From an uncultured Thermoplasmatales archaeon (GTDB lineage Archaea > Thermoplasmatota > SW-10-69-26), in assembly GCA_964581775.1 (NCBI GenBank), contig CAZOQA010000001.1, positions 38,646 to 102,645 on the forward strand: a stretch of 64,000 nucleotides of DNA. Direction: 5' to 3'. Both the position numbers and the translations under genes were made by a program. The notes under the pieces are model-generated. The model searched no databases. It saw only the letters and a list, made by a program, of their open reading frames with translations, and had not been told where the DNA came from. Of this stretch, positions 38,406-47,655 are shown in pieces (position 1 is the first letter of the stretch; each line of letters starts with the position of its first letter).

Positions 38406-39380
38406 CTAAGCCACGCGGTAGGTCTCCACCTCGTCTTCGCGCTCCTCGAGCACCGCTTGCGCGATGCGGCCGGTCCTCTCGTACCGAGCCCGCGTGGTGC
38501 GCTCATCGTACGCCGCCAGATGCGGCGTCAACACGACCCGATCCATGCCCCGGAACCGGTCCACGTCGGGAGGCTCCGGCTCGCCCGGCAGCACGTCCGC
38601 AGCGTACCCACCCAACCGCTCCTCCACCAACGCATCCTCCACCGCATCCTGGTCCACGATGCTCCCGCGAGCCGTGTTCACCAAGCACGCCCCCTCCGGC
38701 AGAAGCTCTAACGCCTTGGCCCCGACCATGCCTCTCGTCGACTCGTCCAAGGGAACGTGCACCGTGAGCACGTCGCTGCTCCTCAGCAACGCCTCCAACG
38801 ACCCCACGAACCGGAAACCCTGCACCGCCTCCATCGACGCATCTGGCTCGATGTCGTACCCAAGCACGTCACCACCCAAGCTCGTGACCAGGCGCGCGAC
38901 CTGGCTCCCGATGCGGCCCACCCCCAACACGCCCACCGACACGTCCTCCAGATGGCGACCCATCAACCGGCTGCGATTCCACGACGGGTCCCCCCCGAGC
39001 GTCCGAGCCGTCCCCTCGGGGACGCGCCGGAGCACCATCAGGCACAGCATGAGCGCGTGATGCGCAACGCTCGTCGTCGCGTACCCGCCCAGATGGTACC
39101 CTCGGATCCCCCGCTCGCGCAACCACTCCAGCGGGAGGTGATCGTACCCGTCCGACCGCGTCACGACCGCCTCCAACCCATCGAAGCGCTCCAACGCGCT
39201 CGCCTCCACCGGGTCGTGGATCATCGGCGCCAGAACGCGCGCCCCCGCGTGCTCATCCACCAACGAGGTGGAAAGCGGAGCTCTTCGCACGGCAGCACCT
39301 GGAAGGTGATCCGTCGCGAAACGCTCCTCCCCCTCCGGGACGGACGTCAACACGACGGAGCCAAAAGTAGGTTCGCTCAC
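38406..39380 (-). CDS. D-isomer-specific 2-hydroxyacid dehydrogenase
   Basis: RSDGYDH, GVGRIG, HVPL, NTARG, DV...EP, TPHLA. Confidence 0.92.
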   Translation of the reverse strand: MSEPTFGSVVLTSVPEGEERFATDHLPGAAVRRAPLSTSLVDEHAGARVLAPMIHDPVEASALERFDGLEAVVTRSDGYDHLPLEWLRERGIRGYHLGGYATTSVAHHALMLCLMVLRRVPEGTARTLGGDPSWNRSRLMGRHLEDVSVGVLGVGRIGSQVARLVTSLGGDVLGYDIEPDASMEAVQGFRFVGSLEALLRSSDVLTVHVPLDESTRGMVGAKALELLPEGACLVNTARGSIVDQDAVEDALVEERLGGYAADVLPGEPEPPDVDRFRGMDRVVLTPHLAAYDERTTRARYERTGRIAQAVLEEREDEVETYRVA

Positions 39381-39406
39381 GCCTGGCGATACGCCGCCCC
39401 CGGGGC

Positions 39407-40099
39407 TTAAGCCTGGCCGTCCCGCACCAAGCGCTCACCCTCCAACCGGGGCACGACAGGAGCAGAGTCGACCGCCAGGCACGCGTCCACATCGTCCCCC
39501 TTGCCTGCCTCCCGAAGCTTGACCGCGCTGGTCGTCTCCTCCAACCGAGCCCTCACATCCTCCCCATCCACAGGATCGCCTCGAAGCAGCTGAGCCAAGA
39601 ACTCGCAACACGCATCGTCGTCCCCCGCGCGGCCCCCACGCCATCCCGCGGCCACCAGCGCGACCTCCTCGCCGGCCACGGCTTCGGCCACCGAGGACGC
39701 GTTGACGAGGCCCCCCGCGAGAACCTCCCCCGCTCCACGCGATGCCAGGAGGGCCTTGGTCCCGTTCGTCGTCGTCAGGACCACGGGCTTGCCGTCCAGG
39801 TCCATGGTGGCCAGCTGGGCCGGCGAATTGTCCACGAAGCCCTCCAACGATCCCCGATCTCGCTCCCCCACGCGCACGGCGCCCCCCAAGCTCTCGGCCC
39901 GCTTGCGGGCCGCCTCGGGCGTGCTCACGGGATACACGCTCGAGGCTCCCTGGTCCAAAGCGACCGCGACGGTGCTCGTGGCGCGCAGCACATCCACGAC
40001 GACGGCGGTCTCATGCTCTTGGAGCTCGTCCGCCTCCGTCGCCTGGAGCACCCGGACGCTCTGGGCGGGCGTGCTCGGGGCTTGAGGGATGCCTATCAT
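39407..40099 (-). CDS. comB: 2-phosphosulfolactate phosphatase (ComB family)
   Basis: VDVLRATST, GER, NSP, TTTNGT, DDD. Confidence 0.88.
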   Translation of the reverse strand: MIGIPQAPSTPAQSVRVLQATEADELQEHETAVVVDVLRATSTVAVALDQGASSVYPVSTPEAARKRAESLGGAVRVGERDRGSLEGFVDNSPAQLATMDLDGKPVVLTTTNGTKALLASRGAGEVLAGGLVNASSVAEAVAGEEVALVAAGWRGGRAGDDDACCEFLAQLLRGDPVDGEDVRARLEETTSAVKLREAGKGDDVDACLAVDSAPVVPRLEGERLVRDGQA

Positions 40100-40213
40100 G
40101 CGCCCCCGCACCCGCTTGATCACATTAAGCGTTGAGGGCCCCTGACCGGATGAGGGGGCCCGACGGGGCCTCCCGTAAACCCTTTCAAGCGGTCCTCTCG
40201 TTGGTTCTGGGTT

Positions 40214-42889
40214 GTGGGCGAACGCGAGCCCGAGCCCCGTATCCAACAAGCAACCCCCAAGAGCGAAGACGAGATCTACGAACTCCTCGAGCCGGAGGTC
40301 CGCGACTGGTTCACGGACCGCTTCGACGGGTTCACGCCCCCACAGCGCTACGCGGTGGCGGAGATCCACGAGCGCCAGAACGTGTTGATCTCCTCCCCCA
40401 CGGGCACGGGGAAGACCTTGTCGGCCTTCCTAGCCGGCATTAACGAGCTCGTGGCGGAAGCCAAACAGGGCCAGCTTGAGGATCGCGTCTACGTGCTGTA
40501 TGTGTCCCCCTTGAAGGCCTTGAACAACGACATCGAGCGCAACCTGGAAGGACCCCTCTCGGGCATACGGGAGAAGCTGGACGAGGCCGGCGTGGACGCG
40601 GACGAGATCCGCGTCGGCGTCCGAACGGGCGACACCAGCCAGTACGAGCGGCAGAAGATGACGGACACGCCGCCGCACATCCTGATCACGACGCCCGAGA
40701 CGCTGGGCATCGTGCTCAACGCGCCCACGTTCAGCGAGCACCTTCGCCGCATCGGATGGGTCATCGTGGACGAGGTGCACAGCCTCGCCGAGAACAAGCG
40801 CGGCACGCACCTGATGCTCTCGCTGGAGCGCTTGTGCGGGATGATCCGCCGCGACGCTCCTGAGGACCAAGCCCCCGGCGACCAGGAGGCCCGCCGGGGG
40901 GTCGATCGCCGGGAGCCCGTGCGCATCGGGCTCTCGGCCACGATCCATCCGCTTGAGCGCGTGGCCGGGTTCTTGGTCGGGCGTGCCGCCGACGGGGTCC
41001 ATCGGCCCTGCCGCGTGGTGGACGTGACGTACGCGAAGGAGGTGGAGGTCGAGGTGCTGTGCCCGGTCGAGGACGTGGTCTCCACGCCGGGGGACGTGGT
41101 CACGGATCGCCTTTATGAGACCTTGCACGAGCTCATCCAGGATCACGAGACGACGCTCGTGTTCACGAACACGCGCGCGGGCACCGAGCGGGTGGTCCAC
41201 CACCTGTCGGACCGGTTCCCGGACGCGTACGAGGACGCCATCGGGGCCCATCACGGGTCCATGAGCAAAGACACGCGCTTGTCCGTGGAGGATCGATTGC
41301 GCGAGGGGGAGCTGGATGCGGTGGTCACGAGCACGAGCCTGGAGCTGGGCATCGACATCGGCAGCGTGGACTTGGTCGTGCTCTTGTCGTCTCCGCGTGG
41401 GGTCTCGAGGGCTTTGCAGCGTATCGGTCGCTCGGGGCACCGTCTTGGAGCGAAGAGCAAGGGGGCCCTGGTCGCGCTGGATCGGGACGATCTGGTCGAG
41501 TGCACCGTGATCGGGAGCCAGGCCCGCAAGGGGCGGTTGGACGAGCTCTCGTTCCCGTCGAACCCGCTGGATGTGCTGTGCCAGCACTTGGTGGGGATGG
41601 CCCTGGAGCGCGTGTGGGAGGTGGACGATGTGTACGCGACGGTCCGGCGCGCTGAACCGTACCAGGGGCTCGATCGGGGGGACTTCGAGGCGTGCCTGGA
41701 GTACTTGTCCAGCGAGGCTCTCAACGAGCGCAAGGTGTACCCGAAGATTTGGTGGGACAAAGAGGAAGGGGCCATGGGTCGGCGAGGGCGCAAGACGCGA
41801 CCGATCTACTACATGAACATCGGCACGATCCCGGATTCCACGCAGCTGACCGTGAAAAGCGGAGACGACGCGGTGGGATCCATTGACGAGGAGTTCGTGG
41901 AGTCCTTGAGCAAGGGGGACGTGTTCGTGCTGGGGGGGTCCACGTGGGAGTACCGCGGCGCAAGCCCGGTGAAAGCGCGCGTGCGTCCAGCCGCGGGCAA
42001 GCGGCCCACGGTCCCGCGATGGGTCTCGGAGGCGCTGCCTTTGTCCTTCGAGATGGCGCAGCGCGTGGCCGCGTTCCGCCGCGAGCTAGCCGACGTCATC
42101 AAGGCGAAAGGGGAGGACGTGGCGGCCCGGTACCTCGAGCAGGAGCACGGCGTCCCCGAGCACGTGGCCGCCTCCCTGGTCGAGTACCACGTCCGCCAGC
42201 TCGCGTACGCGGGCGTGCCCGGGCGGGACGATGCGCTCGTGGAGGAGTACCAGGCCGACGACGGCCGCACCCGGTACATCTTCCACACGCCCGTCGGTCG
42301 CAACGCGTGCGAGGCACTGGCCCGCGCGTTCAGCCACCGCGTCGAGCAGAACAAGGACATCGACGTGGCCTGGATGGTCAACGATTACGGGTTCGTGATC
42401 ACGCTTCCCCCGCGTCGCAAGCTCACCAGCGACGAGGTGCGCGGGCTGTTCCTCGTGGACCTGGCCGACGAGCTGTACGAGGCCATCGACGATGCGGAGC
42501 TTCTTCGCCGCCGGTTCCGGTACGTGGCCGCGCGCGCGCTGATGATCCTGCGCAACTACATGGGAACCGAGATCAGCGTGGGTCGCCAGAACGCGACCGC
42601 GCGCCAGCTGCTTCGCCATCTGCAACGCGAGCACCCGGACTCGCCCGTGCTCAAGGAGACCTACCGGGAGATCCTTCAGGACGTGCTCGACTACGAGAAC
42701 GCGCACGCGTACCTGTTCCGGTTCGTCTCCAGGCAAGCCACCGTGCGCTTCGAACGGGGCCTCCCCGCGCCCAGCCCGTTCGCGTTCAACCTCGTCTCCG
42801 CGACCACCCCAGCCAGCATGTTGCGCGAGGAGGACCATGACGTGATCGAGACGTTCGAGACGCTCGTCGAGGACGCCCTCGAGACCTGA
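40214..42889 (+). CDS. lhr: Lhr-family ATP-dependent helicase
   Basis: PTGTGKT, SPLKAL, DEVH, LSAT, HHGS, LELGIDIG, QRIGRSGH, GTIPD. Confidence 0.95.
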   Translation: MGEREPEPRIQQATPKSEDEIYELLEPEVRDWFTDRFDGFTPPQRYAVAEIHERQNVLISSPTGTGKTLSAFLAGINELVAEAKQGQLEDRVYVLYVSPLKALNNDIERNLEGPLSGIREKLDEAGVDADEIRVGVRTGDTSQYERQKMTDTPPHILITTPETLGIVLNAPTFSEHLRRIGWVIVDEVHSLAENKRGTHLMLSLERLCGMIRRDAPEDQAPGDQEARRGVDRREPVRIGLSATIHPLERVAGFLVGRAADGVHRPCRVVDVTYAKEVEVEVLCPVEDVVSTPGDVVTDRLYETLHELIQDHETTLVFTNTRAGTERVVHHLSDRFPDAYEDAIGAHHGSMSKDTRLSVEDRLREGELDAVVTSTSLELGIDIGSVDLVVLLSSPRGVSRALQRIGRSGHRLGAKSKGALVALDRDDLVECTVIGSQARKGRLDELSFPSNPLDVLCQHLVGMALERVWEVDDVYATVRRAEPYQGLDRGDFEACLEYLSSEALNERKVYPKIWWDKEEGAMGRRGRKTRPIYYMNIGTIPDSTQLTVKSGDDAVGSIDEEFVESLSKGDVFVLGGSTWEYRGASPVKARVRPAAGKRPTVPRWVSEALPLSFEMAQRVAAFRRELADVIKAKGEDVAARYLEQEHGVPEHVAASLVEYHVRQLAYAGVPGRDDALVEEYQADDGRTRYIFHTPVGRNACEALARAFSHRVEQNKDIDVAWMVNDYGFVITLPPRRKLTSDEVRGLFLVDLADELYEAIDDAELLRRRFRYVAARALMILRNYMGTEISVGRQNATARQLLRHLQREHPDSPVLKETYREILQDVLDYENAHAYLFRFVSRQATVRFERGLPAPSPFAFNLVSATTPASMLREEDHDVIETFETLVEDALET

Positions 42890-42945
42890 GGGGCGTCCCA
42901 CGGCGACCCGTGCCTACTTCAAACAGAACAACTCTGGAGTTGTTC

Positions 42946-43803
42946 ATGGACGCGGTGGACAGCCTCAAAGGCCTGGGTCTGACCCAGTACGAAGCAAGCG
43001 TCTACGTGGCCCTTCTCGGCAGCGGCCCCATCGAGGCCCGCGAGACCGCCAAGCGCGCAGACGTGCCAACCGGCCGCATCTACGACGCGTTGCACGCCCT
43101 GCGCGAGAAGGGCATGGTCGAGATCCTGCAGGGGCGCCCCAAGCGTTTCACCGCCGTCCAACCGAGCGTGGCCCTGGACGAGCTGCTCTCCGACAAGCGC
43201 GTCGAGCTCAACCGCCGCTTCGACGAGATGACGCGCGAAGCTGCTCGCCTGGAGACCGAGCTGGCGCCCAAGGCGCAAGAGGAGCCCCGCCCCGTGTTCA
43301 ACGTGAGCGTCGGGGAAGAGACCGGGCGCGCGTTCCTAGCCACGCAGCTGGCCCGGGCACGGGACACGATCGACATCAGCCTGCGCTTCGAGTTCAAGCT
43401 CGAACCCGAGGACGTCGAGGTCTTCCGGGCCCTGTCCAAGGCCGTCGAACGAGGCGTGCGCGTTAGAGCCGTCCTGCCCACGCGCGAGCTCGACCGCGGC
43501 CTGGAAAGCCCCCTCGCGGGCGAGATCCTGTCCCTTCTGGGCCCCCACCTCGGCGAGGGCCTGCGCGTTCGGCTGTCCCCGCAAGAGGTGATCCCCTTCA
43601 CCGTGATCGACGGGGACGGCGTCACGCTCGCCGTCAAGAACCCCCTGGACCCGGACCGCTACTTCGCGTTCCTCTTCGTGCACGACCCCCCCTTCGCCGC
43701 GGACCTCACGCAACGCTTCGACGAGCTCTGGGAGACCGCCGAGACCGGGGTCACGCAAGCGCTCGACGAAGCCGAAAGCGCCGCCGAGGCCTTCCGACCC
43801 TGA
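42946..43803 (+). CDS. TrmB family transcriptional regulator
   Basis: LGLTQYEA.VY..L, VPTGRIYD.L..L..KG wHTH; PLD-like C-domain. Confidence 0.9.
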   Translation: MDAVDSLKGLGLTQYEASVYVALLGSGPIEARETAKRADVPTGRIYDALHALREKGMVEILQGRPKRFTAVQPSVALDELLSDKRVELNRRFDEMTREAARLETELAPKAQEEPRPVFNVSVGEETGRAFLATQLARARDTIDISLRFEFKLEPEDVEVFRALSKAVERGVRVRAVLPTRELDRGLESPLAGEILSLLGPHLGEGLRVRLSPQEVIPFTVIDGDGVTLAVKNPLDPDRYFAFLFVHDPPFAADLTQRFDELWETAETGVTQALDEAESAAEAFRP

Positions 43804-43805
43804 CG

Positions 43806-44012
43806 TCAATCCAGCTCGAACGCGACCTTCACCTTGACCTGGTACTCGGCCACGCTGCCGTCCTGGATCGAGCCCCGCTCCTCCTCCACCTCGAACCAGG
43901 AAAGCTCCGAGAGGGTCTGATCCGCGCGCTCGATCGCATCGTCCACGGCAGCCGAGAACGACTCCTCGCTGATCCCCACGAGCTCGATGATCTTGTACGT
44001 CCGCTCAGCCAT
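43806..44012 (-). CDS. Dodecin (flavin-binding)
   Basis: TYKIIELVG.S..SF..A...A..RA..TL..L.WFEV...RG...EYQV. Confidence 0.93.
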   Translation of the reverse strand: MAERTYKIIELVGISEESFSAAVDDAIERADQTLSELSWFEVEEERGSIQDGSVAEYQVKVKVAFELD

Positions 44013-44070
44013 GGCCCGTCCACCCCCCTCCCGGGACAAGAGGTTTCCCATCCCCGCCGAGCCCTCTCGC

Positions 44071-45177
44071 TCACACAGGGCGCACCTTCACCGCGTACCG
44101 CCACCGGTCCTCCAACGAGAACAGCCGCCGCACCACGCGCTCGACCTCGTCCCCGATGGACACCTCCCCCGGAGGCACCGCCGACTGGTGGATTCGACGC
44201 CCACCCCCGTCCTCCACGATGACGACATCGTACGCACCTGACGCCTCGTGCTGGCGCACGAACTCGCCCGGGGGCCCCGCGTGGATCGTCGTCACCGCTG
44301 CCACGCGACCCCGGCCCAACGCGCGCGCCCCGTACCGCTCGCCCGGATCCGCCTCGTACTCCTCGCGGGACACGTACGCCCCCTGGGAGGCCTCGCTCCA
44401 AGGCACCGGGTCCGCCTCGCGCAACCGCTTAACCTCCCCCACGCTCACATCCACCCACGAACCCGGGACGGTGTCCACGGGCACGCTTCCCGACCCCAGC
44501 TCCACGCCGCAAGCAAGCCCGTTCCCCGTGGCCGCCACGCGCACCGGGCCCCCCTCCTCCAGCGCGCCCGCGATCTCCACCAACGGCCCCGACGCGCCCA
44601 CGTCGCCTACGGACGCGGTCCACGCACCCGCCGAGCGGCCCTGCACCGCGCCGCGACCCGAGACCCCCGCCGGGACGCGAAGCGGCCCCGAACCCGGCAG
44701 CTGGCCCGCCACCCGCTCCAAGGCGCTTCCCGCCTGGCTTGCAAGCGGGGCCGTGTACGCCTGCTCGATCGCTTCCACGGGCACGCCCTCGCCCGGCTCG
44801 AGCACGAGCGCGACGCCCGCGCCGCCCACGCGAGAGCCGCCCGAGAGCAAAAGGGAAGGCTCCCCGCCCACGCCGCCAAGAGCCTTCAACCCCGACAAGG
44901 GACCGATCCGGGTCGACACCGGCACCTCAAGATCCAAGGCCAACGGGACAAGCCCCGCCTGATCGTGACCCTCATCCAACGCGAGGACCACGTGCTCGGC
45001 CCGATCCAGGGCCGGACCAAGCGCCAGCCCAGCGTCCAGGGCCAGCGTCAGCGCATCCTCGTCGAACCACGGCACCCGCAACGCCTCGAACGAGCCCCCA
45101 TGGCGCGTGCCAGAGACCTGCTTGTCAGGCAACCTACGAAGAGGAAGCGCCACGCTTGCCCGCGTGATCCCCATCAC
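44071..45177 (-). CDS. Thiolase-associated degenerate HMG-CoA-synthase-like/DUF35 OB-fold protein lacking the zinc ribbon
   Basis: DEDALTLA, GAYVS, GRVAAVTTI, PPGEF, IGDEV...RRL...RY; overlaps the thiolase stop. Confidence 0.8.
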   Translation of the reverse strand: MMGITRASVALPLRRLPDKQVSGTRHGGSFEALRVPWFDEDALTLALDAGLALGPALDRAEHVVLALDEGHDQAGLVPLALDLEVPVSTRIGPLSGLKALGGVGGEPSLLLSGGSRVGGAGVALVLEPGEGVPVEAIEQAYTAPLASQAGSALERVAGQLPGSGPLRVPAGVSGRGAVQGRSAGAWTASVGDVGASGPLVEIAGALEEGGPVRVAATGNGLACGVELGSGSVPVDTVPGSWVDVSVGEVKRLREADPVPWSEASQGAYVSREEYEADPGERYGARALGRGRVAAVTTIHAGPPGEFVRQHEASGAYDVVIVEDGGGRRIHQSAVPPGEVSIGDEVERVVRRLFSLEDRWRYAVKVRPV

Positions 45178-46337
45178 CGCTCACCCCCCTCGAGCACGTG
45201 CACCGCGCACGTAGCCCCCGACCCGCCCACGTTGTGCGCCAAGCCCACGCGAGCGTGCTCGACCTGGCGATCGCCAGCGGCCTGCGTCAGCTGCGCGTGC
45301 ACCTCCGCGATCTGAGCCACGCCCGTGGCCCCCAACGGGTGCCCTTTCCCCTTGAGCCCCCCCGACGGGTTCACCACGACGTCCCCGCCCCGATCCGTGA
45401 GGCCCTCGGCGGTGGCCGCTCCCCCTTGGCCCTTCTCCACGAAGCCCAGATCCTCGACGGCGAGGATCTCCGCGATCGTGAAGCAATCGTGGACCTCGGC
45501 CACGTCCACATCCTCCACGCGGGCGCCCGCATCCTCGAGGGCCTGCTCGCCCGCCCGGACCGTCGCATCCAGCCGGGTCAGGCTCTCGCGCTCGTGCAAG
45601 GCAAGCGTGTCCGTGGACGCGCCCGAACCCGTGATCCAGGAGACCGGGCCGTCGACCTCGCGGGCCACCTCCTCGCTGGCCAGCACCATCGCAGCGGCCC
45701 CGTCCGTCGTCCCGCAGCAATCGAACAACCGCAACGGGTCCGCGACCACCGGCGAGGAGAGCACCCGATCCATCGAGACCTCCTTGGAGAACTGCGCGTT
45801 CGGGTTCTTGGCCGCGAACCGGTGGTTCTTGACCGCCACCAGCGCCCGCTCTTGCTCGGTCGTCCCGTGCTCGTGCTCATGACGGTCCGCCATCAGCGCG
45901 TACACGCCCGGGAACGTGGTCCCGGCCATGCGCTCCCACGCGGTCTCCCCGGAGACGCCCAGCCAGTACCCCTTCCGGTGGCCTGGCTGGTCGTTCATGC
46001 GCTCGAACCCGACCACGAGCGCGACGTCCGTATCCCCGGATTGGATCGCTTGCCGCGCCGAGCGCACCGCGTACCCGCCGCTGGCGCACGCGTTCTCGAC
46101 CCTGTGCGCCGGGACCCCCCCCAGGCCGGGGACCTTCGAGACCCACGCAGCTTGGTTCCCCAGTTGGCCCCCGCCGAACCCGAGCGAGGCCCACCAGGCC
46201 TCCTGGACGCGCTCCGGCCCCACACCGGAACCCTCCAGCGCCTGTTCGATCACGGTCCTCACGGGGCCCTGCGAGGCGCCCTCCCAGGTCCCGAAAGGGC
46301 TCACGCTTGCTCCAAGGACGGCCACGTCCGTGCTCAT
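45174..46337 (-). CDS. Archaeal thiolase (acetyl-CoA acetyltransferase)
   Basis: VENACASG, KNH, EVHDCF, KGHPLGATG, HNVGG. Confidence 0.95.
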   Translation of the reverse strand: MSTDVAVLGASVSPFGTWEGASQGPVRTVIEQALEGSGVGPERVQEAWWASLGFGGGQLGNQAAWVSKVPGLGGVPAHRVENACASGGYAVRSARQAIQSGDTDVALVVGFERMNDQPGHRKGYWLGVSGETAWERMAGTTFPGVYALMADRHEHEHGTTEQERALVAVKNHRFAAKNPNAQFSKEVSMDRVLSSPVVADPLRLFDCCGTTDGAAAMVLASEEVAREVDGPVSWITGSGASTDTLALHERESLTRLDATVRAGEQALEDAGARVEDVDVAEVHDCFTIAEILAVEDLGFVEKGQGGAATAEGLTDRGGDVVVNPSGGLKGKGHPLGATGVAQIAEVHAQLTQAAGDRQVEHARVGLAHNVGGSGATCAVHVLEGGER

Positions 46338-46385
46338 CGGTGACCCTCGAAAGGGCCCCGGGCCCTTAAGCTCGCAGGCCCTGCG

Positions 46386-47048
46386 TCAGCGTCGGCGACG
46401 GCTGGCGAGGGCCGCCGAGAGGGCGGCCGCGGGCACGATCCAGGCGGGCAGCGGGATGCCGTTGCCCTCCTCGCCGCCGTCGGATCCGTCCCCGGCACCG
46501 CCGTCCTCACCGTCGTCCTGGTTGGGCTCCGCGTCGGCCTGCACGTTCACGCTCAGGGGGGCCAGATCCGAGGCCCCGGGGAGCGCGTTGGGTCCGCACG
46601 TTTGCGGGTCGGCCCCGTCGAACGTGGCTTCGATGTTCAACTGGGTGGAGAAGTCGCTGGTGGTCCCGCTGGGCGCCTGCACGTCCACGGTGACGCTTGA
46701 CGTCTCCATGTACGGATCCTGCTCGAGGGTCGTGAAGTACAGGTTCGCCGGGATGGCGAATGTGATCTCGCTCTCGGAGACGCTGGGCACGACCCCGTCG
46801 GAGCCTTCAGCGGTCACCGCGACGGGAACGGCGGTCTCTTCGGCGCAGAAGAACTCCTCGGCCTGGAACGTGACGTCGACGCTTGCGCTCTGGGTCGCTC
46901 CACCCATCACGTCGACGGACTCGTTCGCATCGACGAGGACGCTTACATCCTGCGCCGCGGCCGTTCCGGCCAAGGCAAGCAGGAGAACCAACCCGGTAAC
47001 CCCGATGGATCGTGAAAGCAACGGTTGCACCTGGCCGGGCAGGACCAA
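46386..47048 (-). CDS. Secreted single Ig-like domain protein with C-terminal sorting-type tail
   Basis: Signal peptide, Cys pair, G/D linker, tail IPLPAWIVPAAALSAALASRRRR; exact start uncertain. Confidence 0.75.
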   Translation of the reverse strand: MVLPGQVQPLLSRSIGVTGLVLLLALAGTAAAQDVSVLVDANESVDVMGGATQSASVDVTFQAEEFFCAEETAVPVAVTAEGSDGVVPSVSESEITFAIPANLYFTTLEQDPYMETSSVTVDVQAPSGTTSDFSTQLNIEATFDGADPQTCGPNALPGASDLAPLSVNVQADAEPNQDDGEDGGAGDGSDGGEEGNGIPLPAWIVPAAALSAALASRRRR

Positions 47049-47167
47049 GGGGGCACTTGACGCTTGTGGATTTACCCTTCGAACGACGCGGCCCAGAGGA
47101 CGGGCCTCACAAGGCGCGCTTGGCCTCGACCCGAGCCGGCATGGAGGGTCCCCCGTGAGCCTTGTCT

Positions 47168-47296
47168 GTGCGCTTGCTCGACGCGATCTCTCGCACCGGC
47201 ACCCGCGACCGGCTCGTCGAGACGCTCTTGGACGCGCAAGAAGCTCCCTCGCGCGTGCAACGCGGCTTCCACGAGATGACGGACGACGAGGCCTAG
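47168..47296 (+). CDS. Possible 42-aa small protein (below the ORF-track cutoff)
   Basis: GTG ORF MRLLDAISRTGTRDRLVETLLDAQEAPSRVQRGFHEMTDDEA; its stop shares CTAG with the folB stop. Confidence 0.4.
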   Translation: MRLLDAISRTGTRDRLVETLLDAQEAPSRVQRGFHEMTDDEA

Positions 47297-47655
47297 CTCG
47301 AGCCGCGGGAGAGCTCGACCTCCGCGTGCCGCATGGACCCCTCGATCGGGGGCGCCTTCTTGCGCACGCGAACCGTCGCCTCCTCCCAAGAGAGCCCCTC
47401 CAGCGCGTCCAGGATCTCCCCCGCCAACCCCTCCAAAAGCGGGTGCTCGCCCTCGTCCACGACCGCTCCGATGCGCTCGTGCACCTCCCGGTAGTCCACG
47501 GTGCGCGAGAGCTTGTGCATGGACCCCTGCCCCAACGGGACCGAAAGCTCCACGTCCACCTCCACGTGCGCCCCCACCTCGCGCTCCTCGGGGCTGTGCC
47601 CGATGCTGCCGAAAAAGCGCATCCCCTCCAAGCGCAACCGGGCCGTCTCCGTCAC
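47293..47655 (-). CDS. folB: Dihydroneopterin aldolase (bacterial type)
   Basis: G..F...IG...EER..G, L..TVDY, LLE.LA..I, V.V.K. Confidence 0.9.
   Translation of the reverse strand: MTETARLRLEGMRFFGSIGHSPEEREVGAHVEVDVELSVPLGQGSMHKLSRTVDYREVHERIGAVVDEGEHPLLEGLAGEILDALEGLSWEEATVRVRKKAPPIEGSMRHAEVELSRGSS

Noticed and set aside
38300..38711. Poly-C tract and 470-aa read-through ORF as a phase-variation switch
   Set aside because: The surrounding bases look like degraded low-quality sequence, with the hydrophobic tail corrupted and the stop lost. An assembly or sequencing error is more likely; read mapping is needed.
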